From: a virus | Virus record (IMG/VR): IMGVR_UViG_3300027973_002292 | Coordinates: 1-64,000 of that record | Length of the DNA stretch: 64,000 nt | Reading direction: 5' to 3' (one strand) | In this document: positions 55,464 to 64,000 of the stretch, piece by piece | Numbering within the stretch: position 1 is the first letter of the stretch | Layout: each line of letters begins with the position of its first letter | Position numbers and translations under genes: made by a program | Notes under the pieces: model-generated | What the model saw: only the letters and a program-made list of their open reading frames with translations | The model's database searches: none | Told to the model about the DNA's origin: nothing

Positions 55464-58400
55464 ATGGGAGAAGTCAAAAAAAATAGCTCGATAAATATAA
55501 CTAGAAGAATTGGTTCAAGCGTAGAAAATCTTTCGAACAAATTATTCAATGGTTATATTTATAATATGTCACTAGATGTCGGCTACAATGGGGCCGCGAC
55601 AGTATTGACTTTGAACTTAGCTCTAAATAGAACCATTAACCAAGTAAAACTAAATAAAGACGTAATATCTGACAGAAAAAAAGATATTAAAAGAGTTAAA
55701 TCTCTAGTCGCTACTCAAAAAACAGTTCCGTTAAATTACGTTGGCAACACAGGGAATTCTGGAGCAGGAACATATATAGGAGCTCAAAATCAAATAGCGC
55801 AAATTTCAGACAAGGATTTCAATATTGATCCAAATTACATTGGTACAACATGTTCTTATGATATCGCTATCTACGATCCTCTTGGAAATCCAACTTATAA
55901 TTTTAGAAATTTTAAGATAGTTACTTTTTCAATTAGCAAAAAGAATGATCAGAAAATTCTTACTTTAGTACTTAAGGATAATTCTTTCGTTTTAGATAAG
56001 GTTTTTGTTGGGCTATTGGGGCAAGAAATAGCTATTGATTATAGATCAGAAACTGACGCGTTAGTAAGTGGTATTACAATATCTTGCCCACAAATAGGAA
56101 CAACATGCAAAGCTGGCACTGTAACTCTTAATAATTTGAGGCAGAGTTTGCATTTTTCAAATAACAATTTCAAAAATAATTTTTATAATCAATTAGGAAT
56201 AGGAAAAGATAAAAACTATTCTAATATTAATATTTCTGCTGGAGATGTGGTGTCGACCGATAAGGCTAATTACGTTATTATATCATCTAAAGACGCGAAT
56301 AAAAGCATATACAAAGGCTATGGAGCGGTAATTATTCTTGGAGAAGAGGAGTTTAAGGATGCGCCTTGCGCAGCCGCAGAAGTTTCTTATTCGTTTGACA
56401 CTTTCTTAAAAGCGATAAAAAAATTAGGAATAACAATAACTGAAAATGATAGACCAGCGAATGCTCCGCTTACAGTTGATTATAGTTCAATAAAAGATAA
56501 ATCTGCTGGTAAATTAAAGAAGTCTTTTCATGGCACTCTAAGACAAGTATTAAATCAATGGTGCGAAGAATTTGGATACTCTTACTGTATTGATTTCACC
56601 AAGTCTTCAAGCGATGCTTTTGTTATTAAAGGTATTGATCTATCTTCCAGCTTAGGAAAAGAGACTGTTCTTTCTACTAAATTAGCGCTAGAAGATCTAG
56701 AATCAAGCGCGTCGAATTCTACATTTGTTGTAAAATCAGAAGATTTTTCTTATGATTTATCCCAACAAAAATTAAAGATTTACTCTTCTTATTACTTTAA
56801 AGACGCAAAAGAAAAAACAATAACTCACCAAAATGATTTGGGAAATAAAGCTTTCAGAAGCATTAGTTTGTTAACTGAATTCCCTCAGCTATTTGGAAGC
56901 GGAATGACGGGAAAAAAAGAGTATGGAGCTGGGTCTACTAGAGTTAGAGATTTTTCTGGAGCTTATAGAAGTTATGAGGAGGTTCTTACGTCTGCTATCC
57001 TTGGAAAACACTCCCCAAGACTAAGGGAAATATATAATTACAGCATTGGAGCTTATCAAGCTTTGGGATTTGTTCCTTTTTATGGAGACTCATCTTCTTC
57101 TAGAGTCCAGTTGCCAGCAGATAAAACATTAATATTCTCAGAAGCAATTTCTCACGTTTTAGAATATCAAAGTCAAAATTTATTTCATGAAGACGGCTCG
57201 CCTTGCTACGATATGGGTTTAGGATTTTATAATGAAGAGCTTTCAAGAACAGTATTGGAACTAGAGTCTTTTATCGCTGATTTCGTAGGAAGATATTATT
57301 GGACTGATTTAATATCAGTGCTAGATGGAGAATATGGAAATGAAAATTACTATGCTAAATACGAAGTGTCTTCTTCGGCTCCAGTGCAGAAAGTCTTAGC
57401 CGGACAGTTATATAATTTAGATGTTTTCAAAAAAGCTAGATATTTAATTCAATCTATAGCGGCCGTTTTCTCCACAGGAACGACTCAATACTTCAACGCT
57501 TACAATTCTTTAAACGAAGCCGCTGTTAATATAAATAATATATGCGATCAAGCTCAGAAAGCTTACGCTCAATTGCAAGGAAACTCTTTGGCTTTGAAAA
57601 AATTCAGATTCTTCTACGAAAGAAGTACTGCGTCTTATGGTGTATACCAAGAATTTATTAATGACATTCAAAACTTAAAGGTTTCAATAGCTGGCAATAC
57701 AACTGCAGCACCAGAGCAGATTGATTTAGCGCAAGTTTACTCTCCTACTTTTAAAGAGATGTCTCCAGTGTCTCTTGGGTTATTGCAAGCAGCTTTACCA
57801 ATTGACATATCTAACGTAGCATTAGGATCATTTAAATTTGGTGTTTTGATTGGAGTTGTTTCGTACAGACAAATTTTTAATTTCACGCCTCAAACAAATA
57901 AACCTAATCAAATAGAAATACAAAACAGCATTTACTCAAGATGCGCAGAGCTTCTTAAAATTAATACCTCTGGTCGTCCTAGTACTGTAGCTAAAAATAA
58001 AAAATCATGCAGTAAAACTTTACTTTATGAAACTTGCGTCAAGCCTTGCGATCAAGCGTCCACAGACATGGGCATAGATGATACTGTAAACTTTGTTTCT
58101 GGCCCAAATCCATATAGTTGCTTTAGAGTAAGAATAGATAGATATAATACTAAATTCTTGGATAATTTTGTTTTGGGACAATTATTCAGACCCGTGTCTA
58201 GTAATGGGTCTTTAAGCTTAGAGGCAATGGTTGATAATCAAGCTTCGGTTTTAGTATCTAGCGTAAGAAAAGCTGGAAACACGCCTTATACGGAATTTAA
58301 AACATCAAATCAATACGAAAGTATAACTGCGCCATCTACTGAGACTTACCAAATAAGACTGATAAGCACTACAACTTCTGAGAGTTTTATGCCTTTTAAA

Positions 58401-58934
58401 AATTATATTTTAGGAGGAGTAGAAAATCCCGACGATTTATTAAAAATTCTAAATAACGAAAATTTTTCATTAGATTTAAATGTAAATAATATTACCCCGA
58501 ATGTTAGAGAGCTTTTTGGAGATGAAACAAATCCATCATTTATTAACGCTCCGGTTGATCTAACAAGAGTCGCAGACTATCCTGTTTTTATTCAATATCA
58601 GGGATACAATGGAGATAATCCTACTTATGAGTTTTCTACTTTTTATAAATACCATAACGCATTAAAGACTTACTACGATTCTGCTTCAATATCGCTTTCA
58701 GAGCCTAGCGTGAAATTTTCAGCAGACATTTTTTGCAGTGAAATATCTTCTGGGCTTAGAAATTTGCTTACGGTTGATAACGGATTAACAAAATTAAATA
58801 TAAATTTAGCAGAAAATGGTTTAAATATCAATTGCTCTTTCGATAGCTCTCCAGCTTCATTAGTGAATCTGGAAACGTTAATAAATAAAAATAAGCCAAA
58901 CATTAAACTTTTAAATACAAATTATTTCCAATGA
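55464..58934 (+). CDS. Large putative baseplate hub/central tail-tip protein
   Basis: 1156-aa ORF; GTLRQVLNQWCEEFGYSY resembles hub-protein helices; tail-tip position. Confidence 0.5.
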   Translation: MGEVKKNSSINITRRIGSSVENLSNKLFNGYIYNMSLDVGYNGAATVLTLNLALNRTINQVKLNKDVISDRKKDIKRVKSLVATQKTVPLNYVGNTGNSGAGTYIGAQNQIAQISDKDFNIDPNYIGTTCSYDIAIYDPLGNPTYNFRNFKIVTFSISKKNDQKILTLVLKDNSFVLDKVFVGLLGQEIAIDYRSETDALVSGITISCPQIGTTCKAGTVTLNNLRQSLHFSNNNFKNNFYNQLGIGKDKNYSNINISAGDVVSTDKANYVIISSKDANKSIYKGYGAVIILGEEEFKDAPCAAAEVSYSFDTFLKAIKKLGITITENDRPANAPLTVDYSSIKDKSAGKLKKSFHGTLRQVLNQWCEEFGYSYCIDFTKSSSDAFVIKGIDLSSSLGKETVLSTKLALEDLESSASNSTFVVKSEDFSYDLSQQKLKIYSSYYFKDAKEKTITHQNDLGNKAFRSISLLTEFPQLFGSGMTGKKEYGAGSTRVRDFSGAYRSYEEVLTSAILGKHSPRLREIYNYSIGAYQALGFVPFYGDSSSSRVQLPADKTLIFSEAISHVLEYQSQNLFHEDGSPCYDMGLGFYNEELSRTVLELESFIADFVGRYYWTDLISVLDGEYGNENYYAKYEVSSSAPVQKVLAGQLYNLDVFKKARYLIQSIAAVFSTGTTQYFNAYNSLNEAAVNINNICDQAQKAYAQLQGNSLALKKFRFFYERSTASYGVYQEFINDIQNLKVSIAGNTTAAPEQIDLAQVYSPTFKEMSPVSLGLLQAALPIDISNVALGSFKFGVLIGVVSYRQIFNFTPQTNKPNQIEIQNSIYSRCAELLKINTSGRPSTVAKNKKSCSKTLLYETCVKPCDQASTDMGIDDTVNFVSGPNPYSCFRVRIDRYNTKFLDNFVLGQLFRPVSSNGSLSLEAMVDNQASVLVSSVRKAGNTPYTEFKTSNQYESITAPSTETYQIRLISTTTSESFMPFKNYILGGVENPDDLLKILNNENFSLDLNVNNITPNVRELFGDETNPSFINAPVDLTRVADYPVFIQYQGYNGDNPTYEFSTFYKYHNALKTYYDSASISLSEPSVKFSADIFCSEISSGLRNLLTVDNGLTKLNINLAENGLNINCSFDSSPASLVNLETLINKNKPNIKLLNTNYFQ

Positions 58935-60334
58935 TAATTTCTGGACTTAAATATAGAAGCTTAGTTAGAGATAATGCGTTTTCAGCAGCGTTTGATTTGT
59001 CTTTCTCTAATGTTGCAGGAACAGCTCAAGTAGGTTTCAGCGGTCAAAATAAAACGTATAAATTTTCATTCATAAGCGGAAAAGTTTTAGATGACCAGGG
59101 AAGATATTTCTATTCATACACTCCGAATCAATTGTTTTCTTTAAGCACCAATTTTTCTGGGGTAGCTTACGATTACGCTGTAAACAACCAAATTGTTACA
59201 TACTCTGGATCAAAGCAGAATTTTTATGTTGATAATTTTTACGTCAATACTACCGGTGTTAATTTAGAAACATCAATAACCATAAACGCTGATAAGCCAA
59301 GTTTAACGCTTTATTACCCAGATTCTTTTATAACTGGTCAGTTTATCACTGGTTATTTAGTAACAGATTCTCTAAGTGGAATTAAATTATTCACTGGTTC
59401 TTTTGATGATTTATCTTCTTTTTCTTTCGAGAGTCTGCCCACTGGATATGTAACTTCAGTTTCTAGCGGTCAAGTGATAATAAAACAAAAAGATCCCTTT
59501 GTGGGAAAATTAATTTCAGCTTTTAATTTGGATACTAATGCTGGAGCTTATTCTCAAGATATTACAGTTACTGCTGCGGAAAAACCGTTTTTAAATTATG
59601 TTTTTAATTTTAATAGCTCTTCTCCAGATCCGAATTCTTCTAATGATTGGGTTTCTTCTTTAAGTGCTCAAGGGGTTGAAACTGGAATATTGAAAACTGC
59701 CGAAGCGGAATTCGTTTATTCCTACGCAACAAATTATACAAATTTACAGCCAACATCCTTGCCGTTAGTTATTTCTTTGTCTTACGTTTCTGGGACTACT
59801 GGATATTACGGATTAGTTACTGATGTTTCTATGGTCAGTGGAGGCAATGGTTACTTAAGCTCTCCAACAGTAATTTTTAGCGGAGGAGGAGCGTCTGTTG
59901 CTGCGTCTGGGCAAGCTGTGCTAGGTGAAACAAGAAGCAATTTCGATCAGGTTAATTCTATTTTAATGTCTTATGATGGTTTAGGATACACATCGGCTCC
60001 TAAAGTATTGTTTTCTGGAGGCTCAGGCATCATAAATAATGCTTATCCATCAATAGCTTCTGGAAATGCAAATGTGGTTCAATATACAAAATCTTTTACA
60101 GGATGCTTTAATCTCTACACTGGAATCAATGGAGACTATAAAGAGTTCAGATCTCAAAACTATACTTCTCCAAGCGGATACGCTAGGTCTACTTCTTTTA
60201 TTTATTTCGATAGTCCAATTAATATAAAAGTTGAATATAAAACAACTTACGATAACAATCCTCTAGTGGCTAAACTGTCTGTTAGTGGAGTAGATGGAAA
60301 TATAACAGAAACATTGATAACAGGAATAAAATAA
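58931..60334 (+). CDS. Virion structural protein, (S/T)G rich
   Basis: Two GxGYxSxPxVxFSGG repeats typical of phage baseplate/tail proteins. Confidence 0.6.
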   Translation: MIISGLKYRSLVRDNAFSAAFDLSFSNVAGTAQVGFSGQNKTYKFSFISGKVLDDQGRYFYSYTPNQLFSLSTNFSGVAYDYAVNNQIVTYSGSKQNFYVDNFYVNTTGVNLETSITINADKPSLTLYYPDSFITGQFITGYLVTDSLSGIKLFTGSFDDLSSFSFESLPTGYVTSVSSGQVIIKQKDPFVGKLISAFNLDTNAGAYSQDITVTAAEKPFLNYVFNFNSSSPDPNSSNDWVSSLSAQGVETGILKTAEAEFVYSYATNYTNLQPTSLPLVISLSYVSGTTGYYGLVTDVSMVSGGNGYLSSPTVIFSGGGASVAASGQAVLGETRSNFDQVNSILMSYDGLGYTSAPKVLFSGGSGIINNAYPSIASGNANVVQYTKSFTGCFNLYTGINGDYKEFRSQNYTSPSGYARSTSFIYFDSPINIKVEYKTTYDNNPLVAKLSVSGVDGNITETLITGIK

Positions 60335-60867
60335 TGCAATCAAGAACTTTAAAAACATCAACGCTAACGACATCTTTTTTAGATCTTTATATTTTTAATT
60401 ATAATGGTGATCAAACAGCTTTTGGGTTTAATTCTTTGCCGGCCACTAATCTTATGTTGCGTCAAAAAATTGCTAAATTCGTACCAACTGCCGCGACTGT
60501 TTTCGCTTCTGATTTTATTAATTATACCGAGGGCAAAATACTATGCGTCAATACTCAAACCTTAATGAATAAAGATGTATTTAAAACTTTTAACTCCGTA
60601 TCTAATACTTTGAAATTTACATTAGTGTTAATGCCAGAAGAATTTATTAACTCTAAGCCTAATCAGCTGACGTCTCCATATGTTTATGGAGAAAAGATAA
60701 GAGTAATTGGATGTTTCGAAGCAGTAAAAGAAACAACAACTGTTGCTGGTACAACTCAGACTAAGTTGTCTAGAAATAAAATTTATATCTATAGAGATTC
60801 TAATCTCAAAGGAAGAAGCAAGGGCGGCCAATCTCAATCTGGAACTGGAGTAGGAGTGTGGAGTTAA
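60334..60867 (+). CDS. Hypothetical virion-region protein
   Basis: 177-aa ORF translationally coupled (TAATG) to the upstream gene. Confidence 0.65.
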   Translation: MQSRTLKTSTLTTSFLDLYIFNYNGDQTAFGFNSLPATNLMLRQKIAKFVPTAATVFASDFINYTEGKILCVNTQTLMNKDVFKTFNSVSNTLKFTLVLMPEEFINSKPNQLTSPYVYGEKIRVIGCFEAVKETTTVAGTTQTKLSRNKIYIYRDSNLKGRSKGGQSQSGTGVGVWS

Positions 60868-60868
60868 A

Positions 60869-63800
60869 ATGGTTAAAATTTCTAAAGCTTCTAAAGTTGC
60901 TAAAGATAGCAAAACGCTTCATACCCAGCACAATGCATTGGCGGAAGCTTTCAATTCAAGAATATTATCTGGACTAGGCGACTGTGCTTGGAGAATTTTT
61001 TATTACGCTTTCTCTACTTTTAGAGGAGTAAGAAACCCTGATGGAGACGCTTATCCGGCTCAAGACGAATGGTTTAAATTTTACGCTTATTTAGAACCCA
61101 AAGCAATGATTGGTAAGTTTGGTTGGCCCGAAGCTCCAGCAGGAGAAGCTCAGGGCGCTAATGTCGCAAATCCATTCATGGCTTGGATTTTTGGCAACAA
61201 TACTAGAGTAAAGAAAATAGATGGAACTAGTGATAATACTAAGGATAGAATTCACGGCCTTTGGTCTGAACCGATTAGATTGGGAGGGCTAGAGGCTCAG
61301 CCTCCGAGACCGGGAGTAACTGAAGGTCCAATATATAGAGCTAGCGGACACTCAAGATTAAGTCAGGTCTGGTTCGATTCAGAGATTCAAAGGGGTTGCT
61401 GTGCTTATATACCAAATTATATATATACTCTTCCTAATGGTCAAAGAGCTCAAAAAGTAGTTCAGCTTTTATCTTTAGGAATCGCTGGAGCAGCAAGAAG
61501 ACACTTAAAATACGTAATGGAAACTGTTTCGATGGGAAGATATGCTCCAAGTTATGTTCCGGATGTGAGAGGCAAAGGGGGGATATTTAGGAAAAAGAAC
61601 GCAGTAAAAGATCAAATAGACCAAGCTATGTTTTATTATTTGTCTTTTTTTAGAGGCACTGAAGATCAAAGAGCAGATCATAATAAAATATCTCCTAATG
61701 TTGCGGACAATGGTTTTAATTTTGAAACATTTTTTTCTCGTCAATTTTTGCTAGCTCCTAATTATTCTGAACCTAAATACGAATTAGATCAAAGCGGAAA
61801 AATTAAGAAAGATCAATTTGGTAATGGAATAGTAAAATACGATAGTATTGGATACCCAGAACTTTTCCCTCAAAGCCCAAGTTTTTACTGGAGTGTGCCG
61901 GTAACAAATGCTATTGATAATACTTTTGTACCCTGTTCGTCTTCTGTAGATCAAAAATTTAAACAGTTAGACAGTTATTCTTTCACAAGTTCTTCTGGTC
62001 CATTTTTTGATACTAATCCTCCAAATTCTTTTAATAAATTTTGTTTGGCATCTTTATTCATACAAACTTCAGATATAGCATCGACAACAGACTCTGGGTC
62101 TTCAGCCTTGTTAAGGGGTTTATCTATAGATGTTTATTTAAATGAAAAATTCTATGTTGGAATCCCAATCGGATCAGAGTCTATATACCCAGTCAACAAA
62201 AGAACAGGAGCGGTTAATAATCGAATAACAGGAGTGGTAAATCAATATCAGATATATCAATTTAATAAAATTTATTATTTTGAATATCCGGTAAAAGGAA
62301 AAGTAAGCTTTAAAGTAAGAAGCACTACAGACAATGGGGTCTTGAACGTTGGAAAAAAAATAGTTGATGGTTCAACTTTTACTTTAAATAATTTTTCAAT
62401 TTTCTTGAAGTTCGCTCACGTTTTTGAAATGAAACCAACCGTTGCTGACGCTTATACTCTAATGAGAGTCACTACTACAGAAGAGCAAGGAGCAGATGCT
62501 GGGCAAATGGATCCAGTAGGACATTTCAATGGAGAGTCATGCAAGACTGTTTTTGCTAATTATTATAAATTTGGAGTAGGATATACGTTGAGACAAAATG
62601 CGTCTTTATTCCAAAACGAGGCTTATGTTAGCGCAAATCCAGTTTACGAGTCTGCTAGAAAATTTATATCTAGTAATGTAAAAATGGCCGATAGAGTCAC
62701 TTTAGTTGATTATGAGGTTGATGCAGGAGGTAAATCGGTTTTATATTTTTTGAGATTTGCTTACGGAATGAAAAACTCAGGAGTAGATATTTTTAGAGGG
62801 CTTGGCCCTTCTATTACTCCGGTTGGTAATAGAAACATTCGTGGTTCAAAAACAGAAGTATTTATTCCAATAGTCAAAGGAAAGAAGTATATTGTTTTAG
62901 ATTCTTCTTCCGCTAGAGATGGCTATGTGCTGTATAGGATTGATGAAGCTAGGGTTGAAAAATATCGCCACTCTGAAACTTTTATAGGTGGAGATTATTA
63001 TTATATTTCTAAGCACTCTAATGATACAGTTGGCCTTTACGAAATAGAAGGAATCACATCTTCAAATTTAATAAATAAAACCCCAAAGATAAAAATCAAA
63101 CCTGATGATAAAAATCTTCAATATTCAAATGGTAACGTAAGTAATGAGTGGACAATGTTCATGTCTTATAACCTTTATCACTGGTCAAATAGCTCAGCTT
63201 GGAAGCCTGCTATGTATGGTGATATAATGGGAGCATTAAATGGGAGATGCTTAACCGCAAGCGATACTTTAGAATATAATAGAGGCACATCTAAAAATGT
63301 AAAAAAACATCTAGCAAATGTAACTTGGAAACCATACGATATTCCATTAGTAGTAGAGGCCCCAACTGGATACAACTATATAGAAGGAGCTAATACAGAC
63401 TTATCTAAATCTGGCTCTTCAGATCCAAATTACGCTTTAAGTTTTGCTTCTAGCTGTCCAGTTTACAAGTCTCCATATTATTTAGAATCAGCAGTTAGAG
63501 TTAATCCATTTGATCCTAATTGCGAAGTCATAAAAGTGACTCTGAATACTCGTCTTACTCCATCTAAGGTTAATGGTGCTACTGCTCAATTCAAAGGAAA
63601 AGTAAGTGAAAATTTAGCAGATTTTGTCAATAAAGCTAATGCGTTCGAATTTAGAACTGACGAGTCCGCTGTTATCGATTACGTTTTGCACACAATATCT
63701 AACAGATCGTGTCCCAGAGGTATTCCTGGAGATGTCTCTTTAGACAATAGACAATTTTGGACTAAACAAAGACCTTTCGGATGCTGCTATCCAAGATTCT

Positions 63801-64000
63801 ATTTTGTTAAATTAATACCTAAAGTATCTGCAGATACAGTAATGTATTCAGATCACTATACTCAGATGGAGTATTATCTTAGAGCAATGTGTAATGGATT
63901 TGTGAACAACAGCACAGAGATAGCTCCTCAAGAAATTCAAAAAATAATTTCAGAAAATGAAACAGGTATTGATTATGTTGGGGGTTATGACTCTGCGGTT
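60869..64000 (+). CDS. Large hypothetical protein, truncated by the window edge and absent from the ORF track
   Basis: ATG at 60869 (MVKISKASKVAKDSKTLHTQHNALAEAFNSRILSGLGDCAWRIFYY...). The same frame reads ...TGIDYVGGYDSAV at the right edge; both ends checked by hand, and no competing long + ORF is listed. Confidence 0.8.
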   Translation, partial: MVKISKASKVAKDSKTLHTQHNALAEAFNSRILSGLGDCAWRIFYYAFSTFRGVRNPDGDAYPAQDEWFKFYAYLEPKAMIGKFGWPEAPAGEAQGANVANPFMAWIFGNNTRVKKIDGTSDNTKDRIHGLWSEPIRLGGLEAQPPRPGVTEGPIYRASGHSRLSQVWFDSEIQRGCCAYIPNYIYTLPNGQRAQKVVQLLSLGIAGAARRHLKYVMETVSMGRYAPSYVPDVRGKGGIFRKKNAVKDQIDQAMFYYLSFFRGTEDQRADHNKISPNVADNGFNFETFFSRQFLLAPNYSEPKYELDQSGKIKKDQFGNGIVKYDSIGYPELFPQSPSFYWSVPVTNAIDNTFVPCSSSVDQKFKQLDSYSFTSSSGPFFDTNPPNSFNKFCLASLFIQTSDIASTTDSGSSALLRGLSIDVYLNEKFYVGIPIGSESIYPVNKRTGAVNNRITGVVNQYQIYQFNKIYYFEYPVKGKVSFKVRSTTDNGVLNVGKKIVDGSTFTLNNFSIFLKFAHVFEMKPTVADAYTLMRVTTTEEQGADAGQMDPVGHFNGESCKTVFANYYKFGVGYTLRQNASLFQNEAYVSANPVYESARKFISSNVKMADRVTLVDYEVDAGGKSVLYFLRFAYGMKNSGVDIFRGLGPSITPVGNRNIRGSKTEVFIPIVKGKKYIVLDSSSARDGYVLYRIDEARVEKYRHSETFIGGDYYYISKHSNDTVGLYEIEGITSSNLINKTPKIKIKPDDKNLQYSNGNVSNEWTMFMSYNLYHWSNSSAWKPAMYGDIMGALNGRCLTASDTLEYNRGTSKNVKKHLANVTWKPYDIPLVVEAPTGYNYIEGANTDLSKSGSSDPNYALSFASSCPVYKSPYYLESAVRVNPFDPNCEVIKVTLNTRLTPSKVNGATAQFKGKVSENLADFVNKANAFEFRTDESAVIDYVLHTISNRSCPRGIPGDVSLDNRQFWTKQRPFGCCYPRFYFVKLIPKVSADTVMYSDHYTQMEYYLRAMCNGFVNNSTEIAPQEIQKIISENETGIDYVGGYDSAV

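Noticed and set aside
36290-60867. Contractile tail sheath gene
   Set aside because: No ORF with sheath-like size and motifs next to the tube gene in this window
777-64000. Stop-codon reassignment
   Set aside because: Genes tile densely under the standard code, and TAA, TAG (7452, 39513) and TGA (3611, 34225) all end genes
1-64000. tRNA, rRNA, integrase or transposase genes
   Set aside because: None recognisable by eye; intergenic gaps beyond 770 are short and no catalytic motifs were seen. tRNAscan was not run

Overview
The window is a 64-kb segment of a large, AT-rich tailed dsDNA phage genome (Caudoviricetes, standard genetic code, no tail-sheath gene seen, so probably sipho-like). Nearly all genes are on the + strand. 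A ~770-bp non-coding left end holds a 26-bp tandem repeat and an orphan sigma70 promoter. It is followed by a secreted beta-barrel, PhoH, a phage sigma factor, a C2H2/ERCC4 nuclease, terminase, portal, protease-scaffold, decoration protein and major capsid protein. Next come a ~20-kb block of fibre, LamG and Ig adhesin genes, neck/tail genes, a 3469-aa tape measure protein (TMP) and tail-tip genes, the last running off the right edge. The main observation is that the TMP is divided by 11 copies of a G(Y/F)(I/V)PNF / DVVPNF motif. Between the motifs lie apparent enzyme domains: protein-kinase-like, HhH-glycosylase-like, one unknown, and RimK-like ATP-grasp. This suggests an injected, possibly cleaved effector polyprotein. 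Also notable are a recurrent GTGTAA(T/A) late-promoter motif, a probable nested scaffold gene, and strong (S/T)-G dipeptide enrichment in virion proteins. All domain calls come from motif reading by eye and no database search was run. A PVC/Verrucomicrobia-like Gram-negative host is only a weak inference.
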